Positions 29,496-40,291 of a DNA stretch of 58,887 nt are shown piece by piece (within the stretch, counting starts at the first letter, position 1; the number at the start of each line of letters is the position of its first letter). Made by a program: the position numbers and the translations under genes. The notes below the pieces were generated by a model. That model made no database searches, had not been told where the DNA came from, and saw only the letters and a list, made by a program, of their open reading frames with translations. The stretch is taken from the NCBI GenBank assembly GCA_964454035.1, contig CAYVQV010000001.1, positions 1 through 58,887 on the forward strand, in the 5' to 3' direction. Origin of the DNA: an uncultured Candidatus Nitrosopelagicus sp. (GTDB lineage: Archaea; Thermoproteota; Nitrososphaeria; Nitrososphaerales; Nitrosopumilaceae).

Positions 29496-30409
29496 CTGAC
29501 ATATACGAAATTCTTAGAGGGCAAAAAGATGAAGACGGAAATTATCAAAAACAATCAGTAATAGTGCAAGGTATTACAGGAAAGTATGGCTCTGCTCATA
29601 CAAAATTAATGCTAGAATATGGTACAAATATTGTTGCAGGAGTTACACCTGGAAAAGCAGGACAAAAATTTGAAGACAAAGTACCAATTTATGATTCGGT
29701 AAAAGATGCAGTTGATGCAACAGGTGCAAAAATCTCTATAATGTTTGTTCCAGCAAAGTTTTTCCTAAAAGCTGCAAAAGATGCATTAGAATCAGGCATT
29801 AAACTACTAGTAGCAATTCCAGAACATGTTCCAATTAGAGATGCAATGGAAGTAATTGAATTGACAAAACAAAAAAATGCAATAATGATTGGACCAAATA
29901 CGCCTGGAGTTATCGTGCCAGGTCTAATCAAGGTTGGAATTATGCCTGCAACGCCTTTTTCACCAGGTAATTTTGCAGTATTATCAAAAAGTGGAACATT
30001 ACTATATGAAATTTCAAACAATCTTACTACTTCAGGATTTGGTCAAAATATTACTATTGGAATAGGTGGCGACCCTGTAAATGGAACAAGAATGATTGAT
30101 GCATTTGATATGATAAAAGATGATCCAGATCTTGAAGGAATGGTAATTGTGGGAGAAATTGGTGGAGATGCAGAAGAAATTCTAGCTCAGCATATAATAG
30201 ATACTGGTTTTGACAAACCGATTGTAGGATATATTGCAGGAAGGCGTGCACCAAAAGAAAAACGAATGGGTCATGCAGGTGCAATTGTAATGGGAACATA
30301 TGGCTCTGCAGAGTCAAAAATTGCAATGTTTGCAAAAGCAAACATACCTGTTGCAAAAAGACCTGATGAAATAGCTGTTCTACTTGCAGGAAAAATGAGT
30401 AGTCAATAA
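29492..30409 (+). CDS. sucD: Succinate--CoA ligase alpha subunit
   Basis: VQGITGK, GVTPGK, IGPNTPG, GEIGG and RMGHAGAI (phospho-His) motifs. Confidence 0.96.
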   Translation: MTDIYEILRGQKDEDGNYQKQSVIVQGITGKYGSAHTKLMLEYGTNIVAGVTPGKAGQKFEDKVPIYDSVKDAVDATGAKISIMFVPAKFFLKAAKDALESGIKLLVAIPEHVPIRDAMEVIELTKQKNAIMIGPNTPGVIVPGLIKVGIMPATPFSPGNFAVLSKSGTLLYEISNNLTTSGFGQNITIGIGGDPVNGTRMIDAFDMIKDDPDLEGMVIVGEIGGDAEEILAQHIIDTGFDKPIVGYIAGRRAPKEKRMGHAGAIVMGTYGSAESKIAMFAKANIPVAKRPDEIAVLLAGKMSSQ

Positions 30410-30439
30410 GCATTAATAGTGTAATAAAAAAGAAAATTC

Positions 30440-30607
30440 ATGCCAGTTTCAGACCCATTAAAAAAACAAATTGCTCAAAAAGCTAGATTACATATGAAAA
30501 TCTGCATCTCATGTGGAGCTAGACTTGATATTAATGCAACACGATGTAGAAAATGTAGAAGCACTACATTAAGATTAAAAAATAGACAACTTGGAATTAA
30601 AAAGTAA
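30440..30607 (+). CDS. rpl40e: 50S ribosomal protein L40e
   Basis: Below the ORF-track cutoff. Manual translation MPVSDPLKKQIAQKARLHMKICISCGARLDINATRCRKCRSTTLRLKNRQLGIKK (55 aa), with CxxC...CRKC. Confidence 0.95.
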   Translation: MPVSDPLKKQIAQKARLHMKICISCGARLDINATRCRKCRSTTLRLKNRQLGIKK

Positions 30608-30618
30608 TTAAGAAAGTT

Positions 30619-31734
30619 CTATTTCTTTTTTCCAAATATTCTAAATCCAGATAACTTTGATGAAAATGATTCTTTATTTTTGATGGAATTAGTACCGACA
30701 CCGTCTAGATAATCATATGTAATATCTTCACCGCCAAATCCAATCAATTTTTTTGTTTTTAATTCGTCTAAGAAAAATTCTTTTCCATTCTCTAGTTTTA
30801 ATATTGCATCATCACTAATGTCAAAACCTGAACCACTTGAAAAAAATCTGATTACACCACCAATTTTTAATTCTATAAAAACATCATAACTTACTTTATG
30901 CCCAAATATTTGAATTTTTTTTCCTTTTAGTTTTACATTATCAACAAGATCTAGAACTAAAATTTCATCTGCATCAAGTGAAACGGTTTCTCTAATTGTG
31001 CCTGCAACTATTTTGCCATTTGGAGCGTTTAGACGTGAATAGTGTTCTTGTATCAAAGACATACCAACTCTCCCATCTGGATCAGGAACTTGCTCACGTA
31101 TTCCATTTACATTACCACATATTATATCGCCATTGTCAACAGTAATTTTTACTCCATTTTCAATGTTAAATCCATTATCTATTGGATTCATCATTTTGAA
31201 TGTTCCATGTGTAAGATTAATTTCTGTTTTAGAACTTTCATATTCTGAAAAATATGGATTAGTTACACTGCCCCACATAAACACATGATCATTATATGAT
31301 AATTTTCCAGCCCAAAACTTTCCTTTTATTGATAATACTTTAGATGCCTTTCTTTCTAACTCAATTTCACCTAGTTCTTTTGATCCAAAAAGCCTATTTC
31401 CTGTTGCATCAACGCGAGATAGTGCAGCAAGCCATTCCTGGGCTATGGCTATTTCTTTTGCTATGTCATTTGAAAGTAATGTGTTTTGCCTTTTTCGTTC
31501 CTCTTCATCCGTACCCCAAACAAATTTTGATTTTTTTGCGCGTTCGTCTGGAGAATCTGGATATTTTTTACCTGTTTTAAGATCTTCAAAAGCTTGTTTA
31601 ATTTTTATAAATGAAACATCTTTGCCACCACGATCAGAGTGATGTTTTAAAGCAAGAACTCTAAATGCTGCACGAATTTCCTGCCTTGTCGCACCATCAT
31701 TCAAACCTAAAATTTGATAATTACTTTCTGCCAT
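30619..31734 (-). CDS. J-domain protein (HSD instead of HPD) with a beta-rich C-terminal region
   Basis: NYQILGL..ATRQEIRAAFRVLALKHHSDRGG..FIKIKQAFEDL J-domain pattern. Confidence 0.85.
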   Translation of the reverse strand: MAESNYQILGLNDGATRQEIRAAFRVLALKHHSDRGGKDVSFIKIKQAFEDLKTGKKYPDSPDERAKKSKFVWGTDEEERKRQNTLLSNDIAKEIAIAQEWLAALSRVDATGNRLFGSKELGEIELERKASKVLSIKGKFWAGKLSYNDHVFMWGSVTNPYFSEYESSKTEINLTHGTFKMMNPIDNGFNIENGVKITVDNGDIICGNVNGIREQVPDPDGRVGMSLIQEHYSRLNAPNGKIVAGTIRETVSLDADEILVLDLVDNVKLKGKKIQIFGHKVSYDVFIELKIGGVIRFFSSGSGFDISDDAILKLENGKEFFLDELKTKKLIGFGGEDITYDYLDGVGTNSIKNKESFSSKLSGFRIFGKKK

Positions 31735-31801
31735 TTCAAATCTATATCATAATATTTTTGTTAGAATATCTATAAGTTATGGAAAAGAGTGTGTAATGCA
31801 T

Positions 31802-33070
<1,269 letters not shown>

Positions 33071-33178
33071 TATCGATGTTTAAACGTCTCCTAGTTAATA
33101 CATTTTTCATTTTTCTAATATATGCCTATAAATGACCATAGGATACTATTTATCTAGAAAATAGGTTGTCTGGTTATT

Positions 33179-34282
33179 ATGAAGAAAAAAGAAGATACAT
33201 CGATAAAGAAGAAAGAAGAAACATCACTAACTAACGCAGATTATCAACGTAACCGACTTTTCAAAAAGGGTATAAATTTCATGGCAGATGAGAAACTAGA
33301 AGAAGCCTCTAGAAGTTTTGAGATGATATTACGAACAGACCCAAATGATATTGAGGCCATGCTTAAACTTGGATACTCGAGATTCCATTTAGATGATTAT
33401 TCTGATGCAATGAGGGTTTATGATAAAATCTTAGACATAGACATTACTAATTCAGAAGCATGGAACTTGAAATCATTAGTATACTATGAAAAGAAAAATT
33501 TTGCCAAGGCATTAGATAATGTAGAAAAAGCACTTGATTCATCTCCTACATATGATATGGCGTGGTACAACAAAGCCTGTTATCTCTCACTAATGAATCA
33601 AATTCCTGATGCACTTGAATCATTAAAACGCTCAATTGAAATTGATGTAAAGAATGCAAGAAAAGCTGTTAAAGATAAAGATTTCATGAATGTCAGAACA
33701 GAAGAAGGATTTAAAGGAATTATTGAAGTTGTTGTTATAGAATCATTAAGACAAGGTTATCATACAATTGGTGCAATAGTTTGGACTACATTCCTAAGTA
33801 AAGAGGATACACAAAGATGTCTGGATGAATTAATTGTGAAAGGTATTGTGATTAAAAGTTACAAAAGACAAGGATTCAATCAAATGATCCCTATCTATGA
33901 TTTAGAACCAGAGATGGGAAAGAAGTTAGGTGCAAAGAAACGTACTTTGTTAGGTGTTAAAACAAAAACAAAGCTTACTGCCCCAGTAAAAAATCTGAAA
34001 GAAATTGGATTAGCAATACAATTAACTAAATCATCTATTGAAGAAGAAGATCTAGAAAAAACATTAGAAAATTTACAGACATTCATAGATCCTGCAATGT
34101 GTGGTGAACAGATGATTGAGGAATTTCTAGAAGAACATAGAGATATCAGACTTTACAAAGTAAGATTAGAAGAAAGAGGTAAAGATTTCCTAAAGGAGAA
34201 TAAACGAAAAATGTTTGAATTTTTTGATAATATTGAAATTAGAGTTACTCAAAAATTAAAAACAAATATTTCACAGAATTAA
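33179..34282 (+). CDS. Tetratricopeptide repeat protein with a probable winged-helix-like C-terminal segment
   Basis: TPR patterns (EAMLKLG, EAWNLKS, AWYNKACYLS); TQRCLDELIVKGIVIK suggests an HTH wing. Confidence 0.85.
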   Translation: MKKKEDTSIKKKEETSLTNADYQRNRLFKKGINFMADEKLEEASRSFEMILRTDPNDIEAMLKLGYSRFHLDDYSDAMRVYDKILDIDITNSEAWNLKSLVYYEKKNFAKALDNVEKALDSSPTYDMAWYNKACYLSLMNQIPDALESLKRSIEIDVKNARKAVKDKDFMNVRTEEGFKGIIEVVVIESLRQGYHTIGAIVWTTFLSKEDTQRCLDELIVKGIVIKSYKRQGFNQMIPIYDLEPEMGKKLGAKKRTLLGVKTKTKLTAPVKNLKEIGLAIQLTKSSIEEEDLEKTLENLQTFIDPAMCGEQMIEEFLEEHRDIRLYKVRLEERGKDFLKENKRKMFEFFDNIEIRVTQKLKTNISQN

Positions 34283-34296
34283 TTTTATATTAGAAC

Positions 34297-34503
34297 TTAT
34301 GTCCAGGATTCTTTATCTTTTTTAAATATTGGAACACCGTCAATATATGATGTATTTTTTTCTTCAATAACAGTATGCCATTTTCCATTGTGAGGTAATA
34401 ATTTGTTTAATTCGTTGACTTTTTGACTTGTTGGTTTCTTATTTAATAATGCCCCCCACTTCATATTTGGGATTTTTGGCATTATTTCGTTAATATCCTT
34501 CAT
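34297..34503 (-). CDS. Small hypothetical protein
   Basis: 68-aa ATG ORF preceded by GAGGTAG; co-oriented downstream of the rhodanese gene. Confidence 0.7.
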   Translation of the reverse strand: MKDINEIMPKIPNMKWGALLNKKPTSQKVNELNKLLPHNGKWHTVIEEKNTSYIDGVPIFKKDKESWT

Positions 34504-34542
34504 ACTTTCCCACTACCTCATTAACAAATTCCATATAAGTTG

Positions 34543-35340
34543 TCAGTCAGCTGAAAGATCCCAATAACTTGCATTCTCTTGTTTTTGTGTAGGTTTTTCG
34601 AGGCTTTTCCATTCTTTAAATGAATGTACGTAAAGTTTGACATTTGGTAAGCCAATAGATTTTAACGCATAATATGCTAAACCCGATAATGTTCCAACAC
34701 TTCCACAGTATGTAATTATTTCAGAATCTTCAGAAATACCTCTATTTTTTAATAAATTTCTCATACTTTCTTTATTTCGAATTATTCTTCCATCTGTTGC
34801 AAGTGTTCTGTATGGTATGTTAATTGCTCCAGGTATGTGTTGCTCAAGAAAATTCAATCTTTCTCTATTATCTATTACGACAACATTTTTTTTCTCTTTT
34901 GCTTTTTCAAGATATTCTACTGTGGCCATTGTTTCTGATTGTAAATTTATTGAATGCTTAGCATGCTCAATTTCAGGTTCTTCAGTAGTAATTTCTAATC
35001 CTAATTCTTTCCATTGTGAAAATGTTACATCTAATAATTTAATATTCTCATGACCGATATACTGTAAAGCCCAAACAACTCTAGAAGATAAAGCACCAAA
35101 CGTGTCATCATAAACTACAACAGGTGTTTCATTTCCTATACCTAATTCTTCTGCAATTTTTACGATATTTTCAGGACTGGCATCAGCAAGAAGTTTAGCT
35201 AATGGTAGATTAACTGAATTAGTAATATGTCCTTGCTGATAATCTTCTTTGCGTCTAACATCTATAATTCTAACACTATTTTTTTTTATTTGTTCCCTAA
35301 GTGAATCTACATTGATTAAAGGACCTTCTTTCTTTATCAT
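34543..35340 (-). CDS. Tandem-domain rhodanese / sulfurtransferase (probable start 35340)
   Basis: IIDVR..YQQGHI, VVYDD, RVVWAL, HIPGAINIP and YCGSVG motifs; ATGA overlap with the sulfite reductase stop. Confidence 0.9.
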   Translation of the reverse strand: MIKKEGPLINVDSLREQIKKNSVRIIDVRRKEDYQQGHITNSVNLPLAKLLADASPENIVKIAEELGIGNETPVVVYDDTFGALSSRVVWALQYIGHENIKLLDVTFSQWKELGLEITTEEPEIEHAKHSINLQSETMATVEYLEKAKEKKNVVVIDNRERLNFLEQHIPGAINIPYRTLATDGRIIRNKESMRNLLKNRGISEDSEIITYCGSVGTLSGLAYYALKSIGLPNVKLYVHSFKEWKSLEKPTQKQENASYWDLSAD

Positions 35341-37139
35341 GCTGCACATTCACCTTTACCAGTAATTGTGTGATAACTTGTGTCACTTCCATAATCTGCA
35401 TAGAAATCTTCATCTTCTTCTTTTGTTGGAGGAATTAATAATGGTGCAATAATTTTTTTGATGTCATCAACTGATTTTATTTCTGATGATTCGTTTCCAT
35501 GAACTATTCTATCAATCCATTTTGAAAGAGAATCATCTTGCTGTTTATTGGTTTTAAATAATTCTATTATTTTTAATATTATTGGAATTACTCTTTTTAC
35601 TGGTACTCGTGCAACATGATGACCTAACATGGACTGTCCATCAAATCTTCCACCAAGTGATAATGTATAATTTGGATACATGTCAGTGCCAAATCGTGCA
35701 CCCCCACCATAGAGACCTATAGTTGCTACCTCGTGTTGACCACATGAATTTGGACATCCGCTTATTTTTATGGATGAATCACGAAGATCCTCATCATCAT
35801 CAAGATTCAGTTCCAAAAATTTTCGTTGAATTTCTTTTGCAAGTCTATGAGAATTAGTTAGTGCAAGATTGCATGAAGTAGTTCCAGAACAACCAACTGC
35901 AGATGCCATAGTTAATGAACCTGTTTTAGCTAACCCTGATTCAATTAATTTAGAATACAAATTAATTAAATCATCATCATGAATATAACGCAAGACAATA
36001 TTTTGTGAAAATCCATTTCTTGCAAATCCTTCGGCAGAAAAATCCCTAATTAATTGAGCAATTGAACGTAATTGATTTGCAGTTATATCACCTGATTCCA
36101 ATCCTATGAAAACTGAGTTATAATTTTCTTGTTTTTGTTTAACTATGTTAGTTTTTTTCCATCTTTCAAATCCATCAGGATATGCAGTAGATTCATTTGT
36201 GATAGATAGTGGTCTTGTGATTTTTTGTGGCGATTCATCAATTCTTAGTTTAACAATTACTGATTGAGTGGCTTTAACGATTGCACGCTCTTTTAAAACA
36301 AGATTTTGGAATTTTTCCCATCCCATATCATTTACAAGATATCTCATTCTATTTCGAGCCAAATTTTTTCGATCACCTAATCTATCAAAAATTCGTAATA
36401 CCGCAATTGAAGTATAAAGAAAATCTTCTACAGGAGTAAATTCTTCCAATTGATGTCCTACATATGATTTGTTACCCAGACCACCACCAAGAAATATCTT
36501 AAAGCCTTTCTGTACTTCGCCATTAATTTCTCTAATTTGTGGTAATAATCCAACATCAACAATTCTAATCATTCCATGTTTCTCACAACATGTAAAATTA
36601 AATTTAAATTTCCGTGGCAATGCTTGATTAAGTGGATTTCTTAAAAGAAATTTTGCTATAGATAATGCATATGGAGTAGTATCAAATATCTCATCTTTAC
36701 ATACACCAGATAATGGACTACACATTACATTTCTAACAGTATTACCACATGCTTCTCTTGATGTTAATCCTACATCTGCAAGACCATGCATTATTTCAGA
36801 TACATCTTCTAGTATAACCCAGTGAAGCTGAATATTTTCACGAGTTGAAAAATGAGCACTTCCAATAGAGTACATCTCACTTAGTTCTGAAATTTTTTCT
36901 AATTGGTATGGATAAATTTGCCCAGCTGGTACCTTGATTCTAACCATAGCATAATCGTCAGTCATTCTAGTGCCATATGCACCATGTTGAAGTCTGAATC
37001 TTCGGAAAATATCAGGTTCAATTTTTCCTTGTCTGAATAATTTTACAGTATTTGCAAAATTATCTGCTTCCTCTCTTCTTGACCAATCAATATTTGGCTT
37101 GTTAGAACCAGATTTTGATGGTCTTAACTGTTGTGCCAT
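35337..37139 (-). CDS. Ferredoxin-dependent sulfite/nitrite reductase (siroheme, 4Fe-4S)
   Basis: RLQHGAY, TRENIQ, ACGNTVRN, LPRKFK, CSGTTSC and ISGCPNSC motifs. Confidence 0.92.
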   Translation of the reverse strand: MAQQLRPSKSGSNKPNIDWSRREEADNFANTVKLFRQGKIEPDIFRRFRLQHGAYGTRMTDDYAMVRIKVPAGQIYPYQLEKISELSEMYSIGSAHFSTRENIQLHWVILEDVSEIMHGLADVGLTSREACGNTVRNVMCSPLSGVCKDEIFDTTPYALSIAKFLLRNPLNQALPRKFKFNFTCCEKHGMIRIVDVGLLPQIREINGEVQKGFKIFLGGGLGNKSYVGHQLEEFTPVEDFLYTSIAVLRIFDRLGDRKNLARNRMRYLVNDMGWEKFQNLVLKERAIVKATQSVIVKLRIDESPQKITRPLSITNESTAYPDGFERWKKTNIVKQKQENYNSVFIGLESGDITANQLRSIAQLIRDFSAEGFARNGFSQNIVLRYIHDDDLINLYSKLIESGLAKTGSLTMASAVGCSGTTSCNLALTNSHRLAKEIQRKFLELNLDDDEDLRDSSIKISGCPNSCGQHEVATIGLYGGGARFGTDMYPNYTLSLGGRFDGQSMLGHHVARVPVKRVIPIILKIIELFKTNKQQDDSLSKWIDRIVHGNESSEIKSVDDIKKIIAPLLIPPTKEEDEDFYADYGSDTSYHTITGKGECAA

Positions 37140-37207
37140 CTTAATTTTTCTCCAATAACTCTGGATATAAATTTTTGATAAAAGGAAACTTTGCCGATAA
37201 TAATAGA

Positions 37208-37256
37208 CAAATTGTATAAATTTGCCACTAATTCTAAAGTGTGATAATATTAGTGG
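37208..37256. promoter_or_regulatory. Two adjacent inverted repeats in the divergent sulfite reductase/thi4 promoter region
   Basis: CAAATT-n5-AATTTG (37208-37224) and CCACTAAT-n16-ATTAGTGG (37225-37256). Confidence 0.35.
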
Positions 37257-37307
37257 AACCTAATAATGATTGGAAAACTATTAATGAGTTCAAAATATTT
37301 TTTGTTT

Positions 37308-38147
37308 GTGCAAGAATCAGTAAATGAACAAAGACCAGACAAAATTTTTGCGGATGCAAAAGAAGTAGAAATTACAAGAGCTATTGCTAAAGAATTTTAC
37401 GATGTGCTTCAAGATAGAGCTGAATGTGATGTAATAGTTATAGGCGCAGGTCCAGCTGGTTTAACAGCATCTCGTGAATTATCACTTATGGGTTACAAAG
37501 TTTTAGTTATTGAACAAAATAATTATCTTGGTGGTGGTTATTGGCTTGGTGGCTATATGATGAATCCAGTTACAGTTAGAGCACCCGCCCAAAAAATTTG
37601 GGATGAATTAGGAATACCATATAAAAAAGTGGGTGAAGGATTGTATCTAACACCAGGACCACATGCAGTTTCAAAACTTATTGCAGCCGCATGTGATGCA
37701 GGTGTTAAGTTTTTGAATCTAACAAAATTTGATGATTTAGTACTACGACATGGAAGAATCGCAGGAATTGTTGTAAACTGGATGCCAGTCTCAGCACTTC
37801 CACGTAACATAACATGTGTTGATCCAGTTGCACTAGAAGCAAAGATGATAATTGATGCATCAGGTCACGATTCAGTTGCAGTAAAAAGATTGGTAGATAG
37901 AAATCTAGTTGAATGGAAAGGCATGAATCCTATGTGGGTAGAAAGTGGAGAAGAACACGTTGTTGAAAAAACAGGTGAAGTATACCCAGGTTTGGTTGCT
38001 GCAGGTATGTCAGTTACAGAAACACATGGATTAGCAAGAATGGGTCCAACTTTTGGTTCTATGCTGTATTCAGGTAAAAAAGCAGCTGAAATAACTGATC
38101 AAAAAATTAAAGAGTTAGATAATACGATTAATAAAAAATCGGATTGA
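37308..38147 (+). CDS. thi4: Thiazole synthase Thi4, Cys-type (probable start GTG 37308; ORF track 37266)
   Basis: GAGPAGL, GGGYWLGG, ITCVDP, DASGHD and RMGPTFGSMLYSG motifs. Confidence 0.95.
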   Translation: MQESVNEQRPDKIFADAKEVEITRAIAKEFYDVLQDRAECDVIVIGAGPAGLTASRELSLMGYKVLVIEQNNYLGGGYWLGGYMMNPVTVRAPAQKIWDELGIPYKKVGEGLYLTPGPHAVSKLIAAACDAGVKFLNLTKFDDLVLRHGRIAGIVVNWMPVSALPRNITCVDPVALEAKMIIDASGHDSVAVKRLVDRNLVEWKGMNPMWVESGEEHVVEKTGEVYPGLVAAGMSVTETHGLARMGPTFGSMLYSGKKAAEITDQKIKELDNTINKKSD

Positions 38148-38944
38148 AAATTAAAAAAATAATTCTTTATAATGAACCATCTGTTCCTGAAATTGAAATT
38201 TCTAAATTAATAAATTTTCTAAAGGATGATTTTCCTATTGAAATAACTGTAAAAAGTAATTTTTTTAAAGGATTAAAGGAAAATGAAATAAAATTACTTG
38301 CCAAAACAAGAATTTTTGATATTTATAATAATTATCAGCCGTATGAGGTGGATCAAAAACAGATCACTCTTGAAAAAACATTATGTGAAAACTCATCTTA
38401 TATGGAAAAAACTACAAGAATTGAAGATGCAGAAAATATCAATCAAGTTGTTATGTATGATGGATTTGAAATGCAGAAAGTCATACGTGAGCAAATTAAT
38501 GAGGTTGAAAATGATACACTTCATATTATTTTTACAAATAGATTAACATGCACGTTTGATGACTCAGATTTGAGATACCACGGTCGTGCAGTAATATGTG
38601 CAAATCCTGCTATTTTATCAACTACAGGAATAATTGAAGCACCAGCAAAATCTAAAGAATTCTATATTCAAGCAATGGCAAATAAATCACAGGGATTAGA
38701 TATCACCAATGTAAAAGAGGAGCATAAAGGTGAGTTTTTAGAATATCATGACGAGCGTTTATCTAAAGTCATTGAGGGTTATATTTTACAAATTATTTTC
38801 TATAACATTACTGGTGAGCCTTTCTGTAATTACTTAGATTGCCGACTAAATAATGCACATTGGCAACGGGATCTGCTTTATTCTCAAATTGAAGTTTCCA
38901 AACTTTGTGAAAAACACTCCAAGATCTTAGAAAAACAGAAATGA
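38144..38944 (+). CDS. Archaemetzincin-like putative metalloprotein lacking HExxH
   Basis: C-terminal FCNYLDCRL...LCEKH Cys/His pattern; TTG start overlaps the thi4 stop. Confidence 0.6.
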   Translation: MKIKKIILYNEPSVPEIEISKLINFLKDDFPIEITVKSNFFKGLKENEIKLLAKTRIFDIYNNYQPYEVDQKQITLEKTLCENSSYMEKTTRIEDAENINQVVMYDGFEMQKVIREQINEVENDTLHIIFTNRLTCTFDDSDLRYHGRAVICANPAILSTTGIIEAPAKSKEFYIQAMANKSQGLDITNVKEEHKGEFLEYHDERLSKVIEGYILQIIFYNITGEPFCNYLDCRLNNAHWQRDLLYSQIEVSKLCEKHSKILEKQK

Positions 38945-38974
38945 TTTAAATTCATAAGTCTGTTTGAAAAAAAT

Positions 38975-39988
38975 ATGATGTCAGATTCAGATAGTTCGTC
39001 TGTTTTAGTTGAAAGAGATTCAAATGATGCACCAACAAATGATGCACCAAAAGCTCCAGAAAAAATAAAAACAAGTTTTGATGTTATTATAATTGGTGCA
39101 GGACCTGCTGGATATACTGCAGGTATTTATTGCTCAAGAGCCAGACATGACACTTTGATAATTTCTGGACTTTTGCCAGGAGGTCAATTAATGAATACAA
39201 CCGATGTAGAAAACTATCCTGGATTTTCAGACGGTATTATGGGACCTGATCTAATGCAAGTAATGAGAAAGCAAACGGAAAGAATGGGTACGACAATAAT
39301 CGATGATGTTGTAGTAGATGTAGATTTTCGACACAAACCGTTTAAAGTTTTAACTGCTTCAGAGGAATTTGAATCAAAAACAATTATAGTTTGCACAGGT
39401 GCAACACCAAGAAAAATTGGTATAGCAGGTGAACAAACCTTTGCTGGAAAAGGAGTTTCATACTGTGCAACATGTGATGGTGCATTCTTTAGAGAACAGC
39501 ATATTGCAGTTGTAGGAGGTGGTGATTCATGCATGGAAGAAGCTACGTTTCTTACAAAATTTGCATCAAAGGTACACATAATTCATAGACGTGATAAATT
39601 TAGAGCAAGCAAAATAATGCAAGAACGTGCATTAAACAATGAAAAAATACAAGTTCATTGGAACAGCACTGTTAAAGACATTAAAGGCGACGAGAAAGTA
39701 CAGCAAATTATCTTAACAGATACAAAAACAAATGAAGAAACATCTTTAGATATGGGTGGAGTGTTTGTGGCTATTGGTCATGAACCAAATACAGAATTAT
39801 TCAAAGATCAATTAGAATTAGATGAGAATGGATACATTATTCTAAAAAATAACACACAAACAAGCATAGAAGGAATATTCAGTGCTGGTGATGTGCATGA
39901 CCATAGATATAGACAAGCAGTAACCGCTGCAGGTTATGGATGTATGGCAGCAATTGATGTCGATAAATATTTAGCTACAGAAAATTAG
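38975..39988 (+). CDS. trxB: Thioredoxin-disulfide reductase
   Basis: GAGPAG, GGQL..T..VENYPG, CATCDG, GGGDS..EEA and AGDV..RQAVTAAG motifs. Confidence 0.97.
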   Translation: MMSDSDSSSVLVERDSNDAPTNDAPKAPEKIKTSFDVIIIGAGPAGYTAGIYCSRARHDTLIISGLLPGGQLMNTTDVENYPGFSDGIMGPDLMQVMRKQTERMGTTIIDDVVVDVDFRHKPFKVLTASEEFESKTIIVCTGATPRKIGIAGEQTFAGKGVSYCATCDGAFFREQHIAVVGGGDSCMEEATFLTKFASKVHIIHRRDKFRASKIMQERALNNEKIQVHWNSTVKDIKGDEKVQQIILTDTKTNEETSLDMGGVFVAIGHEPNTELFKDQLELDENGYIILKNNTQTSIEGIFSAGDVHDHRYRQAVTAAGYGCMAAIDVDKYLATEN

Positions 39989-39990
39989 AA

Positions 39991-40233
39991 TTACTTTATC
40001 TTTTTTATAATAAATTTTAGATCAGTGCCATCTTTTTTTAATTCTAAAAGTTCGTGTCCACGTTTATGACATAATTCAGTAATGTCATCTTCAGCAGCAG
40101 GATCATCTGCAAGAACAGTGAGTATTTCACCAACTTGCATCTTTGATAATTCAACTGTTGTTTGCAATGCAGGTGATGGACAATACAATCCTCTTACATC
40201 TATTGTTTTATTAGATTCTGAAATTTCAACCAT
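39991..40233 (-). CDS. TusA/SirA family sulfur carrier
   Basis: IDVRGLYCPSP and VLADDPAA motifs. Confidence 0.92.
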   Translation of the reverse strand: MVEISESNKTIDVRGLYCPSPALQTTVELSKMQVGEILTVLADDPAAEDDITELCHKRGHELLELKKDGTDLKFIIKKIK

Positions 40234-40291
40234 CTGATAAAATTTTAAGTTGTCTATATAAAAAACTAGTTTTTTTAAATATGCCTAAAAT

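Noticed and set aside
35337..37139. Assignment as a dedicated nitrite reductase
   Set aside because: The family covers both substrates; rhodanese/TusA/thi4 context favours sulfite, so specificity is left open.
37140..37307. TPP riboswitch upstream of thi4
   Set aside because: No CUGAGA core or GC-rich stems visible.
37308..38147. Thi4 as a His-type, sulfide-dependent enzyme
   Set aside because: The active-site position reads CVDP, not HVDP.
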